From: Planctomycetota bacterium
Lineage (GTDB): Bacteria > Planctomycetota > UBA1135
Length of the DNA stretch: 64,000 nt
Direction: 5' to 3'
Assembly: GCA_021776925.1 (NCBI GenBank)
Contig: JAJFFB010000043.1
Span: 38,630-102,629 of the forward strand
Part shown: piece after piece, positions 43,999 through 53,280 of the stretch
Numbering within the stretch: position 1 is the stretch's first letter
How the letters are laid out: the number at the start of each line of letters is the position of its first letter
Position numbers and translations under genes: made by a program
The notes under the pieces: generated by a model
What the model was told of the DNA's origin: nothing
Database searches by the model: none
The model's input: the letters and a program-made list of their open reading frames with translations, nothing else

Positions 43999-45410
43999 CA
44001 CTGGACCTCCAGCGTCAGCGGGTTGGAAAACCGACCGTCCACGCCGAGGAATTCGATCGCTTGCGCCCACACCGCGCGGCCAATAGCTGCGACCGGAACC
44101 GCCACCTGCAAACGCACCATTCCGTTGAGGTCCGGATCGCGGGTCACCAGGGTGACGGTCGGAGCGCTGACCTGAGCCAGGCCATAAGGCGTCAGCGTCG
44201 GCCCAGCGCCGTCGAAGGAATAAAGAATGGTGACCACGCGTGCAGGATCGGCGCCCTCGACCAGGACCTCGGCGGTCTGACCGCCAATGAGATTGCTGAC
44301 GGTGACCTGCAGAGGCTGGACGCTGCTGCCGATGCGCACGTCATCGATGGCAACGCCGTCGTTGCTGCCGTAGGGGAAGTCGTCGGCCTGGGCAAAGGCG
44401 AGGAAAAAATTACCATCCAGGGATACCGGAGTGGTGTCCATGAAGAAGGACAGCTTGCGCCAGCTTTCGGCGTAAGCGGTGCCGCCGGTCTGCAACACCC
44501 AGTCGGTGCGCAGCGGGTGCCAGGTGATGCCGTCCTGGCTGAGGAAGACGCCATCGTCGGCGTTCCATTCTTCGTTGAGCTGGTATACCTGAAATTCAAG
44601 CGCCGGCTGCACCAGGCTGCTGCCGTTGAGGCCGATGACCAAAGCGTTGGACACGTCATGAAAGGTCGCGGCATGAGGATGCAAGCCGAGTTCCAGACAG
44701 GTGCTTCCCGAGTAGGCAAAAAGACTCGGGGCGAGTTGGCCGACGTTGCACCAACCCTCCAGGTCGGGCTTGCGGCTGAACTCATCGACGCTGTTGATGC
44801 CCATCGACGCGGGCACGACTCCCAGCAATTCGTCGAAGCGCATGCGGTAGCCTTCGGCCTCGTCGAACTGGGTCGGCAACTCCGGCCAATAGGGCGGAAT
44901 CAACGGCGGCAGGTTGTCGATAGTGACGCGGTCCAGGGTCCATTCATTGGCGAAATCGCCCTGGTAGTGAAACATCACCTGAAAACCGGCGATGCCGGCG
45001 TAGGCGCTGAGATCGAGTTCAAGCGGAAAATTAGGTCCGTCCTGCGGCTGGCTGACCTGGTGCACCAGATTCGAGCTGATGCCGCCATCGAGCGTCACCC
45101 GCACCTCATTGATTTCGCGATAGGTGCTGAACAACTGCCCGTGGATCGCGTGCAGGCTCAGCTGCGAAAAGCCGGTGGAATCCAGCAGCGGGGTGACCAG
45201 ATCAGCATCGCTGAGCCCGAACCAGTCGAGATGGCGCGCACGCCCCGAGGGCTCCCAATCCCAGCCGGGGGTCGAGCCCTGGTTCCAGTGCTCCCAGCCG
45301 CTGGGCGGAAAGAGGGCGCTGTCGAATTCCTCGTGCAGAAGAACCGATTGGCTGGAGAGAGGCGCCGCAAGGGCGCTCAAACAGGTCAGAGTGACGATCA
45401 GGACCTTCAT
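43998..45410 (-). CDS. secreted tandem beta-sandwich protein with family C-terminal module, paralog P4
   Basis: Start ATG 45410 (MKVLIVTLTCLSALAAPLSS). Motifs LHEEFDSALFPPSGW, IDNLPPLIPPYWPELP, NEEWNADDGVFLSQDG, IDDVRI, YSFDGAGPTLTPYG, C-terminus SNPLTLEVQ. The 583-aa track ORF has a spurious N-terminal extension. Confidence 0.8.
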   Translation of the reverse strand: MKVLIVTLTCLSALAAPLSSQSVLLHEEFDSALFPPSGWEHWNQGSTPGWDWEPSGRARHLDWFGLSDADLVTPLLDSTGFSQLSLHAIHGQLFSTYREINEVRVTLDGGISSNLVHQVSQPQDGPNFPLELDLSAYAGIAGFQVMFHYQGDFANEWTLDRVTIDNLPPLIPPYWPELPTQFDEAEGYRMRFDELLGVVPASMGINSVDEFSRKPDLEGWCNVGQLAPSLFAYSGSTCLELGLHPHAATFHDVSNALVIGLNGSSLVQPALEFQVYQLNEEWNADDGVFLSQDGITWHPLRTDWVLQTGGTAYAESWRKLSFFMDTTPVSLDGNFFLAFAQADDFPYGSNDGVAIDDVRIGSSVQPLQVTVSNLIGGQTAEVLVEGADPARVVTILYSFDGAGPTLTPYGLAQVSAPTVTLVTRDPDLNGMVRLQVAVPVAAIGRAVWAQAIEFLGVDGRFSNPLTLEVQ

Positions 45411-45466
45411 GCCATCGCAGCAAAGGATCCAGGGGGAATTCCTAGGATACGCGATGGGGTCGCGGA

Positions 45467-46921
45467 TCAGGCAAGGATTTGCCGGACAACCTTGCCGTGC
45501 ACGTCGGTCAGACGGAAATCGCGCCCCTGGTGGCGGAAGGTCAGCCGCTGGTGGTCGATGCCAAGGCAGTGCAGGATGGTGGCGTTGACGTCGTGCAGAT
45601 GCACCGGATCCTGGACGATGTTGTAGCTGAAATCGTCGGTCTGCCCGAGTTGGACGCCGCCCTTGATGCCTCCGCCCGCGAACCAGAAGGTGAAACAGCG
45701 CGGATGATGGTCGCGGCCATAGTCCTCGCGCGTCAGCTTGCCCTGGCAATAGACGGTGCGCCCGAACTCACCGCCCCACACCACCAGGGTGTCGTCGAGC
45801 ATGCCACGCTGCTTCAGGTCCTGCAGCAGGCCAGCGCTCGGCTGGTCGACGTCGCGACAGCTGCGCCGGATGGTCCCGGGCAGATTGAAATGGTGGTCCC
45901 AGCCGCGGATGAAAATCTGGACGCAGCGCACGTCGCGTTCGAACATGCGCCGCGTTAACAGGCAGCTGTGGGCGAAGGTGCCCGGGGTGGTCACGTCAGG
46001 GCCGTAGAGGTCGAGCACGTGCTCGGGCTCGCCGCTGACGTCGACCAGGTCGGGCACCGAAGCCTGCATGCGGAAGGCCATTTCATATTGGGCGATGCGC
46101 GTGGCGATCTCGGGATCCGGATCCTGCTGCAGACGCTGCTGGTTGAGGCTCTGCAGGGTGTCGAGCATGGCGCGGCGCGAAGCGCGGTCGATACCGTCCG
46201 GATCAGACAGGTACAGGATCGGATCGCCGTTGGCGCGCAGGGCCACGCCCTGATGCCGGCTGGGCAGGAAACCGGTTCCCCACATGCGCGAGAACAGCGC
46301 TTGTGCTTCCTTGCGCCCGGTCCAGGTCGGCGTCATGACGACGAAACTGGGCAGGTTCTGGTTGGCGCTGCCGAGGCCGTAGGACAACCACGCCCCCATG
46401 CTCGGCCGCCCAGGAAGCTGGTGGCCGCTGAGGATGAAGGTCATCGCCGGGTCGTGGTTGATCGCCTCGGTGTGGATGCTGCGCACGATGGCGAGGTCGT
46501 CGACCATCGCCGCGGTGTGCGGCAGAAGTTCACTGACCCAGGCGCCGCTGGCTCCATGCTGCTTGAACTCGAACAGGGATGGCGCGATCGGCAGGCGCTC
46601 CTGTCCCGAAGTCATCGTTGTGATGCGCTGTCCCTGGCGGATCGAATCGGGCAGGTCCTGGTCGAAGCGCTCACCGAGACCTGCTTTGTAGTCGAAGGTG
46701 TCGAGTTGCGAGACTCCGCCGGACATGAACAGGTAAACCACGCGCTTGGCGGTCGGCGCGTGGTGGAAGACGGGCATGACTCCGCCCAGGCCGGGTTCCT
46801 GGGCCAGCAGCCGACCAGGCAGCAAGGAGGCAAGCGAAGCGCTGCCGAGTGCAGCACAGCTGCGGCCGAGGAATTGGCGCCGGCTGAGTGCCGCAAGGTC
46901 GAGGTGCTCAGAGGGGTTCAT
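45467..46921 (-). CDS. DUF1501-family (sulfatase-fold) protein with Tat signal
   Basis: Start ATG 46921. Twin-arginine motif [26 protein letters not shown]1501-type C-terminus ([10 protein letters not shown]...[22 protein letters not shown]). Starts 5 nt after the upstream stop. Confidence 0.88.
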   Translation of the reverse strand: MNPSEHLDLAALSRRQFLGRSCAALGSASLASLLPGRLLAQEPGLGGVMPVFHHAPTAKRVVYLFMSGGVSQLDTFDYKAGLGERFDQDLPDSIRQGQRITTMTSGQERLPIAPSLFEFKQHGASGAWVSELLPHTAAMVDDLAIVRSIHTEAINHDPAMTFILSGHQLPGRPSMGAWLSYGLGSANQNLPSFVVMTPTWTGRKEAQALFSRMWGTGFLPSRHQGVALRANGDPILYLSDPDGIDRASRRAMLDTLQSLNQQRLQQDPDPEIATRIAQYEMAFRMQASVPDLVDVSGEPEHVLDLYGPDVTTPGTFAHSCLLTRRMFERDVRCVQIFIRGWDHHFNLPGTIRRSCRDVDQPSAGLLQDLKQRGMLDDTLVVWGGEFGRTVYCQGKLTREDYGRDHHPRCFTFWFAGGGIKGGVQLGQTDDFSYNIVQDPVHLHDVNATILHCLGIDHQRLTFRHQGRDFRLTDVHGKVVRQILA

Positions 46922-46926
46922 CGGCC

Positions 46927-49900
46927 TCACAGGCGGGTCACGGTCTCGTCGAGGTTGAGCAGGACGCTGGCAACCGCGGTCCAGGCGGCCAGCTCGGCGG
47001 CATCGCTGTGCATCGCCGGGGCCGAATCCCCCACCGCGACCAGAGCGGCGGCAGCCGTTGGATCCTGGGCATAGACGCGCCGCTGGCGTACTAGAAGTGC
47101 GTTTAGCAGGCGCACCTCCTCGGCAGTGGGCAGGCGCGCGGTGCAGCGGCGGAAGCCCTGGATCAGTCCGACCAGATCCTCTGATCCCACCAGGGTTTCG
47201 GCGAGGACGCGCGCGGCCTCGAGGAACTGCACGTCGTTCATCAGTGCCAGTGCCTGCAGCGGTGTATTGGTGCGCTCGCGGCGCACCACGCAGGACTCGC
47301 GCGTCGGCGCGTCGAACAACGACATCATGGGGGGTGGAGCGGTGCGCTTCCAGAAGGTATAGAGGCTGCGCCGGTACAGCGCGGCACCCTCGTCGGCCTG
47401 GAACACCGCGGTGTTGCTGGAGGTATAGGCGACCGCTTTCCATAATCCCGCAGGCTGATACGGCTTGACGCTTGGACCGCCGATCTGGCGTTGCAGCAGT
47501 TCGGAAATACTCAGCGCCGCATCGCGGATGACCTCGGCGTCGAGGCGGAATCGCGGCCCGCGCGCCAGCAGCCGGTTGTCGGGGTCGCGCGCCGACTTGG
47601 CGGCATCGAAGGCCGAGTTCTGGCGGTAAGCCGAAGACAGCACGATCAGGCGGATCACGTGGCGTACGTCCCAGCCGCTGTCGGCGAACTCGCGCGCCAG
47701 CCAGTCGAGCAGACGCGGATGACTCGGCCACTCTCCTTGGGAACCGAAGTCTTCGGCGGTGCGCACCAGGCCGACGCCAAAGAACTGCTGCCACAGACGG
47801 TTGACCTGCACGCGCGCGGTCAACGGATGCTGCGGATCAACCAGCCATTGCGCCAGATCCAGCCGCGTAGCGCGCCCGTCGCTGGACAACGGCGGCAAGG
47901 CGGCCGGCACCCCAGGCTGAACCTGCTGCGCAGGCTGGTCATACTGCCCGCGGGTGAGCAGGAAGGCGGGGCGGATCTCGGCGCGTTCGCGCGTGATCAA
48001 GGAGGTCGGCACCTGTGCCGTCAATGCGCTGAGCTGGGCTTCGACGGCTTCCGCCTGTGCCGCCAGTTCGGCCCATTCGGGCGAATGACGGCGGCGGTAG
48101 AAACTGCGCAGCAGGTCCTTTTGCGCCAGGCTGCGCTCGGGGTCGGCCTGTTCCAGCGCCAACGCAAGATCGGGTGCCAGCCCACCCACCTCGGCGGACC
48201 GCACTTCGAAAGCATAACCGAAACCACCGCCGTAATTGACGATCTTGATCAGCAGTTGATTGCTTCCTGCGCTCAAGGGCAGTTCGACCTGATCCTGGCC
48301 CAGGGCCAAAGCGCGACGTACCTCGCGCTCCAGCACCGCCTCGCCGTTCAACCACACGCGCAGGGCGTCGTCGCTGCCGAGCATCACGGTCAGGGAACGC
48401 GCGTTGGGGCTGTGGATCTCGCGAAAGAGGTAGCGGCTGCCGACCTCTCCCTCGAGCAGATGCAGGACTCCGTCCTGGTCCTCCGCCCGCGCCTGCCAAA
48501 GAATTTCGTCTTCGACCCCGCGCCCGCCTTCGGCTCCGGGCAGGCGACCTTGTTCCGGTGGATAGACGGTAGCGTAGGCTTCGCTGCCGCTGGCGGCGGC
48601 CAGAAAACGGGTCTGCCACCATGGATCCATGCGCACCGGCGACAGCGCCGGGTCGGCGGTGCTGGACACTTGGAAACGCGCCAAGACGTGCTGGCGATGG
48701 ACCGACTCGAAGCGCAGGCGCAACACAAGTTGCCCATCACGGCCCGGCGCCAGCGGCGTAACGAAGGGGAACCAGGCGCTGTGTTCCTGCTTCACCTCGG
48801 GCAGCAACGCCCAGCCGCTGCTGTTGCTACCATCCAGCGCGTTGGCGACCGGAAAAGCGTCCTGGGCGTGATCGGCCAGCGCGGAGCCAAGCTCAAGCGC
48901 CACCGCGTCGCCCCCGGCGGCGGGTTGGAAGAAAGCTTCCACAGCGGTGAGGACGACGTTGCCATTGGCCGAGCGGCCCACCGCCGCCGCCGGCGTGGCA
49001 GGATCGGCGGCCACATCAAGGCGCAGGGCGGTCAGCCCGGCAGCCGGCAGGGGTGCGCGCAACTCAAACACCTCGACGTCGGGGTTGGCGCCGGTCGCGT
49101 GCACCGACAGGTCGGGCAGCTGGGTCAGGGTGGAGCCATGAAACGCGTTCAGCGAGTCGAAGCTGAGCGGCTGCCAACGCTCATGCGCTGCCTGGTAGGC
49201 GGCGTTCTGCCACTCTAGCTGCGCTCGGTCGACCGCGGGCAGCGGTGCGTCGAGGCGCGCCTGGGCCTGCGCCAGGCTGGTGCCAAGCGCGTCCTGTTCG
49301 GCCGCCTGCGCCGGGGTCGGCGCCTGCACCACCGGAGCGGGGGCGGGACCGTTGCCGTCGCTGGCTTCTTCGGCGATGTTGTTGAAGAAGGCGTAAAGGC
49401 GGTAGTACTCCTCTTGCGTGATCGGGTCGAACTTGTGATCGTGGCATTGCGCGCAGCCGACACTGAGGCCGAGCAGCACGGTGCCGAAGGTGTCGACCCG
49501 GTCCATCGCATACTTGGCCAGGAACTCCTCAGCGATCATGCCGCCCTCGGCGGAGGTCGGATTACAGCGGTTGAAACCGGTGGCCAGCAATTGGTCCAGA
49601 TCGGGTTCTGGCAGCAGATCGCCAGCGAGCTGATCGACGACAAACTGGTCGTAGCGGCGGTTTTCAGCGTAGGCCTCGATCACCCAGTCGCGATAGCGGT
49701 GGATCGAACGGAAGTTATCCAGGTGCAGACCGTGGGTGTCGCCATAACGCGCCGCGTCGAGCCAGAAGCGCGCCATGTGCTCGGCGTGGGCGGGGTTGGC
49801 GAGCAAGCGTTCGACCACGCGCGCATAGGCCCCAGGGCGCGAGTCAGCGAGGAACTCGTCGATCTCGGCCAGCGTCGGCGGCAGGCCGGTGAGATCGAAG

Positions 49901-50433
49901 GTGACGCGCCGCAACCAGCGCTCAGCGTCGGCCTCAGGAGCGGGCAGCATGTCCTCGCGCTCGAGCCGCTCCAATAAGAAATGATCGATCGGGTTGCGCG
50001 GCCAGCCACTCTCGTGCACCACCGGCAACGCCGCCTTTTCCGGTGCTACGAAGGACCAGTGGGCGGCGTAACCAGCCCCTTGCTCGATCCAGCGGCGCAG
50101 GGTTCGGATCTGCTCCGGGCTCAGAGTCTTGCCGCTCTTGCGTGGCGGCATGCGGTCGCTGACGTCGTCGTTACTGATGCGAAACCACAATTCGCTGTCG
50201 TCAAGGTCGCCTGGAACCACTGCCGAATAGCCGTCGAGGTCAGCGGTGGCACCGGCGAAGGAATCCAGGCGCAGGCCTGCCTCGCGCGTGCCGGCGTCGG
50301 GACCATGGCAGAGAAAGCAGTTCTCCGACAGGATCGGACGCACGTCGCGATTGAAGTCGACCAATCCGCCCTCCGGGGCGGCAGGCGTCTGGACGGCGGT
50401 CAAGAGGAGCAGGGCGATCATGGTGGAGACCAC
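46927..50433 (-). CDS. PSCyt1 / DUF1549 / DUF1553 family protein
   Basis: 1168 aa. N-terminal cytochrome-like [23 protein letters not shown]1549-like [12 protein letters not shown]...[16 protein letters not shown], a central beta-rich insert, and a DUF1553-like C-terminus ending [14 protein letters not shown] 50433 or ATG 50421 start. Confidence 0.88.
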   Translation of the reverse strand: MVSTMIALLLLTAVQTPAAPEGGLVDFNRDVRPILSENCFLCHGPDAGTREAGLRLDSFAGATADLDGYSAVVPGDLDDSELWFRISNDDVSDRMPPRKSGKTLSPEQIRTLRRWIEQGAGYAAHWSFVAPEKAALPVVHESGWPRNPIDHFLLERLEREDMLPAPEADAERWLRRVTFDLTGLPPTLAEIDEFLADSRPGAYARVVERLLANPAHAEHMARFWLDAARYGDTHGLHLDNFRSIHRYRDWVIEAYAENRRYDQFVVDQLAGDLLPEPDLDQLLATGFNRCNPTSAEGGMIAEEFLAKYAMDRVDTFGTVLLGLSVGCAQCHDHKFDPITQEEYYRLYAFFNNIAEEASDGNGPAPAPVVQAPTPAQAAEQDALGTSLAQAQARLDAPLPAVDRAQLEWQNAAYQAAHERWQPLSFDSLNAFHGSTLTQLPDLSVHATGANPDVEVFELRAPLPAAGLTALRLDVAADPATPAAAVGRSANGNVVLTAVEAFFQPAAGGDAVALELGSALADHAQDAFPVANALDGSNSSGWALLPEVKQEHSAWFPFVTPLAPGRDGQLVLRLRFESVHRQHVLARFQVSSTADPALSPVRMDPWWQTRFLAAASGSEAYATVYPPEQGRLPGAEGGRGVEDEILWQARAEDQDGVLHLLEGEVGSRYLFREIHSPNARSLTVMLGSDDALRVWLNGEAVLEREVRRALALGQDQVELPLSAGSNQLLIKIVNYGGGFGYAFEVRSAEVGGLAPDLALALEQADPERSLAQKDLLRSFYRRRHSPEWAELAAQAEAVEAQLSALTAQVPTSLITRERAEIRPAFLLTRGQYDQPAQQVQPGVPAALPPLSSDGRATRLDLAQWLVDPQHPLTARVQVNRLWQQFFGVGLVRTAEDFGSQGEWPSHPRLLDWLAREFADSGWDVRHVIRLIVLSSAYRQNSAFDAAKSARDPDNRLLARGPRFRLDAEVIRDAALSISELLQRQIGGPSVKPYQPAGLWKAVAYTSSNTAVFQADEGAALYRRSLYTFWKRTAPPPMMSLFDAPTRESCVVRRERTNTPLQALALMNDVQFLEAARVLAETLVGSEDLVGLIQGFRRCTARLPTAEEVRLLNALLVRQRRVYAQDPTAAAALVAVGDSAPAMHSDAAELAAWTAVASVLLNLDETVTRL

Positions 50434-50440
50434 TCCCAGT

Positions 50441-51454
50441 TCAGCGTAAGCGCTGCAGACGGGTCACGCGACCGTGCGCGTTCCAGTCCTGGACCAGCAG
50501 GCTGCCGTCGCGGTCCCAGGCAGCGCCGTGAGGAGCCAGGAAAACGCCTTCTTGCCACAGGGCTGGAGCGACCCCGTTGTTGGCGCGCAAGGCCGGATCG
50601 GGTTGGTCACCGAGATGGAAGCGCAGCTCGCCGTCGACTCCGACCACACTGATGCGGCCAGCGAGGTCGGCCACCAGCAACAGGCCACCCTGCTCATCGA
50701 TCGAACACGGACGCCGCAGGAAACCGGAGATCTGGCGCTCGTAACTGCCGTCAGGACGGAAGAACTGCAGCCGGTGGTTCTCGCGGTCGGCGACCACCAG
50801 CCGTGCGGCGTCGCCTTGTCCCAGCCACAACAGTCCGTGGGGGGTGCGGAACTGCCCATCGCCATCGCCAGGGCCGCCGATCGACTCCAGGTAGTGGCGC
50901 TGGGCGTCGTAGTGATGCACCCAACCGAGGCCGTAGCCATCCGCGATCCACAGGCTGCCATCGTCGGCGACGGCCACCGCGGTCGGCTTGTAGCGCCCCG
51001 CATCCTGATACTTGCCTGATTCGGTGGGCACGCCGAGTTCCCACACCTTGCGGCCGTCGAGGCTGTACTTGTAGACCTTGCCGTGGGCGTGGTGCGCCAG
51101 GTAGAGGAACTCCTGGTCGCCTTCCTGGTTCAGGCAGATGCTGTGCACCCCACCCGCCAGTTCTTCTCCCCAGCTGTCGACCAGCCCGCCGGACGCATCC
51201 AGGACGATGATCGCGTGGGCGCTGTCGGTGCTGAAATAGATGCGTCCGGCGCGATCCAAAGCGAAACCGCCGTGGGTGTTGCCGAGGGTCATTTCTTCCG
51301 GCAAGTCAAGCCAGGCCCCGTCCCAGGCGTAGAGCAGATCGCCGACGCCGAGTTTGACTCGGCCGTCGTCGGCCCAGGGGGGGGGCTGCTGACAGCGCGC
51401 GAACAACACGCCGAGCAAAACGGCCGCAGCACACACAAGGAGGCGGGTGGACAT
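50441..51454 (-). CDS. NHL-repeat six-bladed beta-propeller protein (peptidyl-alpha-hydroxyglycine lyase-like pattern)
   Basis: Start ATG 51454, preceded by GGAGG, with signal peptide MSTRLLVCAAAVLLGVLFA. NHL-type repeat GDGDGQFRTPHGLLW...LVVADRENHRLQFFRPDG. The stop lies 7 nt before the next gene. Confidence 0.82.
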   Translation of the reverse strand: MSTRLLVCAAAVLLGVLFARCQQPPPWADDGRVKLGVGDLLYAWDGAWLDLPEEMTLGNTHGGFALDRAGRIYFSTDSAHAIIVLDASGGLVDSWGEELAGGVHSICLNQEGDQEFLYLAHHAHGKVYKYSLDGRKVWELGVPTESGKYQDAGRYKPTAVAVADDGSLWIADGYGLGWVHHYDAQRHYLESIGGPGDGDGQFRTPHGLLWLGQGDAARLVVADRENHRLQFFRPDGSYERQISGFLRRPCSIDEQGGLLLVADLAGRISVVGVDGELRFHLGDQPDPALRANNGVAPALWQEGVFLAPHGAAWDRDGSLLVQDWNAHGRVTRLQRLR

Positions 51455-51472
51455 CGCCTCCACCCTAGCAAG

Positions 51473-51622
51473 CCGTGGATAAAGTGCTTTCGTGCCATTG
51501 CGAGTGGGTTTGTTCCCTGACAAGGAAGCGGGTTCGGCCCCCTATCCGTGGATAGGGGCCGAACCTGCTGACGCCGGCCAGGGGAGAAAGACGCCGCCGT
51601 GGGGAGGAATGACTTTGTCCGG
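51473..51622 (-). repeat. ~150-bp structured repeat, copy B (inverted relative to copy A)
   Basis: The reverse complement aligns to 35945-36095. Intact central hairpin GGTTCGGCCCCCTATC-CGTG-GATAGGGGCCGAACC (one bulged C). Occupies the gap between the MFS stop (51658) and the NHL ATG (51454). Confidence 0.8.
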
Positions 51623-51657
51623 AGCTAGCTAGCGCCGGTTCCCGGCGACGACATCCA

Positions 51658-53013
51658 CTAAGGGAGCGGTGCTGCACCCTGCGCTGGATCGGCATTGGAG
51701 CGGGTGCGGCGCGCAAACCAGACCCAGGCGCAACCGGAAAGCGCGACCAATGCACTGGTCCACCACAGGATCAGGTCAAGACGACCACTGGCATCGAAGG
51801 CAAGGCCGCCGATCAGTCCGGCGATGGCAAAGGAGCCGGTCATGCCGGCAAACTCTGCGGCGAAGATGCGGCCGCGATAGGCCTCCTCGACATCGCTTTG
51901 CCACAGCGTGGTCGATCCGACCCAGATCGCCGAACCGCCGATGTGCGCGATCATGACCAGAAACAGTGCGAGCCATAAGTCTTCGGTCCAGGGCACCAGC
52001 GCATAGGCAGAGGCCGCCACCATGAAACCCCCGGCGATCTGACGCCGCAGAACCCGCGGCGAGGAACCCCAGAAGCGCCGCACCAGTACCGGACCGAGGC
52101 CGGTACCGATGCCACGGGCGGCGTAGAACAGACCCGTCGCCGAAGCGAAGCCGGCCATGGCGAGGCCGTCCTCGTCGCCGTCTCCGGAACGGTATCGCGC
52201 CGCCAGCAACGGCAGCAGCGCCAGGTAGACCCCCGCCGGCCCCCAGAAGGTCTTGGCTGCCACCGCCGCGCTGGCGCCGCGCCGGTGGGCATGGCGCAGG
52301 CCGCGACCGAGGTCTTTCAGAAACAGCACCTCGCCCCAGCGAAAGGCCTCGCGGGCGCGCTCACCGCGGCCGACGCGCAGTCCGGTGACCAACCACGCGC
52401 TGACCAGATAGGTGGCCGCATCGCAGAGAAAGACCGCGCGCAAGCCGGCCCAGTCGGCGAGCAGCCCGCCGGCCAGTGCGCCCACCGTCAGCATCACGCT
52501 CCAGGTAGCGGCGCCGAGGGTCAGCGCGGCGTGCAGGTCGCCGGGACGCACCGTCGACGGCAACATCGCCGAGCGTGCCGCCTGGAAAAAAATTGCCGCT
52601 GTCATCTGCAGCACCATCAACGCGTAGAGCAAGGGCAGATCGGAGCGCTCGTCGACGAGCAGATAACCGAGCACCACTACCGCGCGCAGCAGGTCGGTCA
52701 GGATCAGGATCGCCTTGCGCGAAAGACGGTCGGCGAGCGCTCCGGCGAGTCCGCCGAAAACCACCGTCGGCGACAGACGCAAGGCCAGTTCGATGCCGAA
52801 CAAGGTGCCGACTCCGGCCATGGCAGCCGGTCCCGACAAACTCCCGATCAGCGCCAGAATGGCTACCCGGTTCAGCCAATCGCCCAGTAAGCTGACCACC
52901 TGGGCCAACCACAGACGGCGAAAAACCGGATTCTGCCGGAGGACGTCGAACATCGAAGCAGGCAGCATAGGAAGACCCGGCTGTCGACGACGCCCGGCGT
53001 GGCTCGTCGACAA
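51658..53013 (-). CDS. MFS transporter
   Basis: 451 aa with about 12 predicted TM segments. N-terminal MFS pattern FRRLWLAQVVSLLGDWLNRVAILALI. Confidence 0.88.
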   Translation of the reverse strand: MSTSHAGRRRQPGLPMLPASMFDVLRQNPVFRRLWLAQVVSLLGDWLNRVAILALIGSLSGPAAMAGVGTLFGIELALRLSPTVVFGGLAGALADRLSRKAILILTDLLRAVVVLGYLLVDERSDLPLLYALMVLQMTAAIFFQAARSAMLPSTVRPGDLHAALTLGAATWSVMLTVGALAGGLLADWAGLRAVFLCDAATYLVSAWLVTGLRVGRGERAREAFRWGEVLFLKDLGRGLRHAHRRGASAAVAAKTFWGPAGVYLALLPLLAARYRSGDGDEDGLAMAGFASATGLFYAARGIGTGLGPVLVRRFWGSSPRVLRRQIAGGFMVAASAYALVPWTEDLWLALFLVMIAHIGGSAIWVGSTTLWQSDVEEAYRGRIFAAEFAGMTGSFAIAGLIGGLAFDASGRLDLILWWTSALVALSGCAWVWFARRTRSNADPAQGAAPLP

Positions 53014-53071
53014 CAGGGGTTGGCGCGGCCCGCTGCCGACGCTAGACTTTCCGTCCCCTCTGGGGCAGGGT

Positions 53072-53149
53072 GGTGGGTGTAGCTCAGTTGGTTAGAGCAC
53101 CAGATTGTGGTTCTGGGGGTCGGGGGTTCGAGTCCCCTTACCCACCCCA
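53072..53149 (+). tRNA. tRNA-His (anticodon GTG)
   Basis: Extra 5' G(-1). Acceptor GTGGGTG/TACCCAC, anticodon arm CCAGA-TTGTGGT-TCTGG, T arm GGGGG-TTCGAGT-CCCCT, encoded CCA. Confidence 0.92.
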
Positions 53150-53176
53150 ATCCCCCAGTCGGCAAGCCGCTTCCTT

Positions 53177-53260
<84 letters not shown>

Positions 53261-53280
53261 CTGCTGGGCAGGCCTTTGCC

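Noticed and set aside
46922-47794. N-terminal extensions of track ORFs: 45467-47794, 43998-45749, 60505-63486, 23916-25643, 32657-34138, 53107-54309, 16604-16795.
   Set aside because: The extensions overlap well-supported upstream or divergent genes, or tRNAs in the case of 53107. Internal starts give proper signal peptides, Tat motifs or conserved N-termini.
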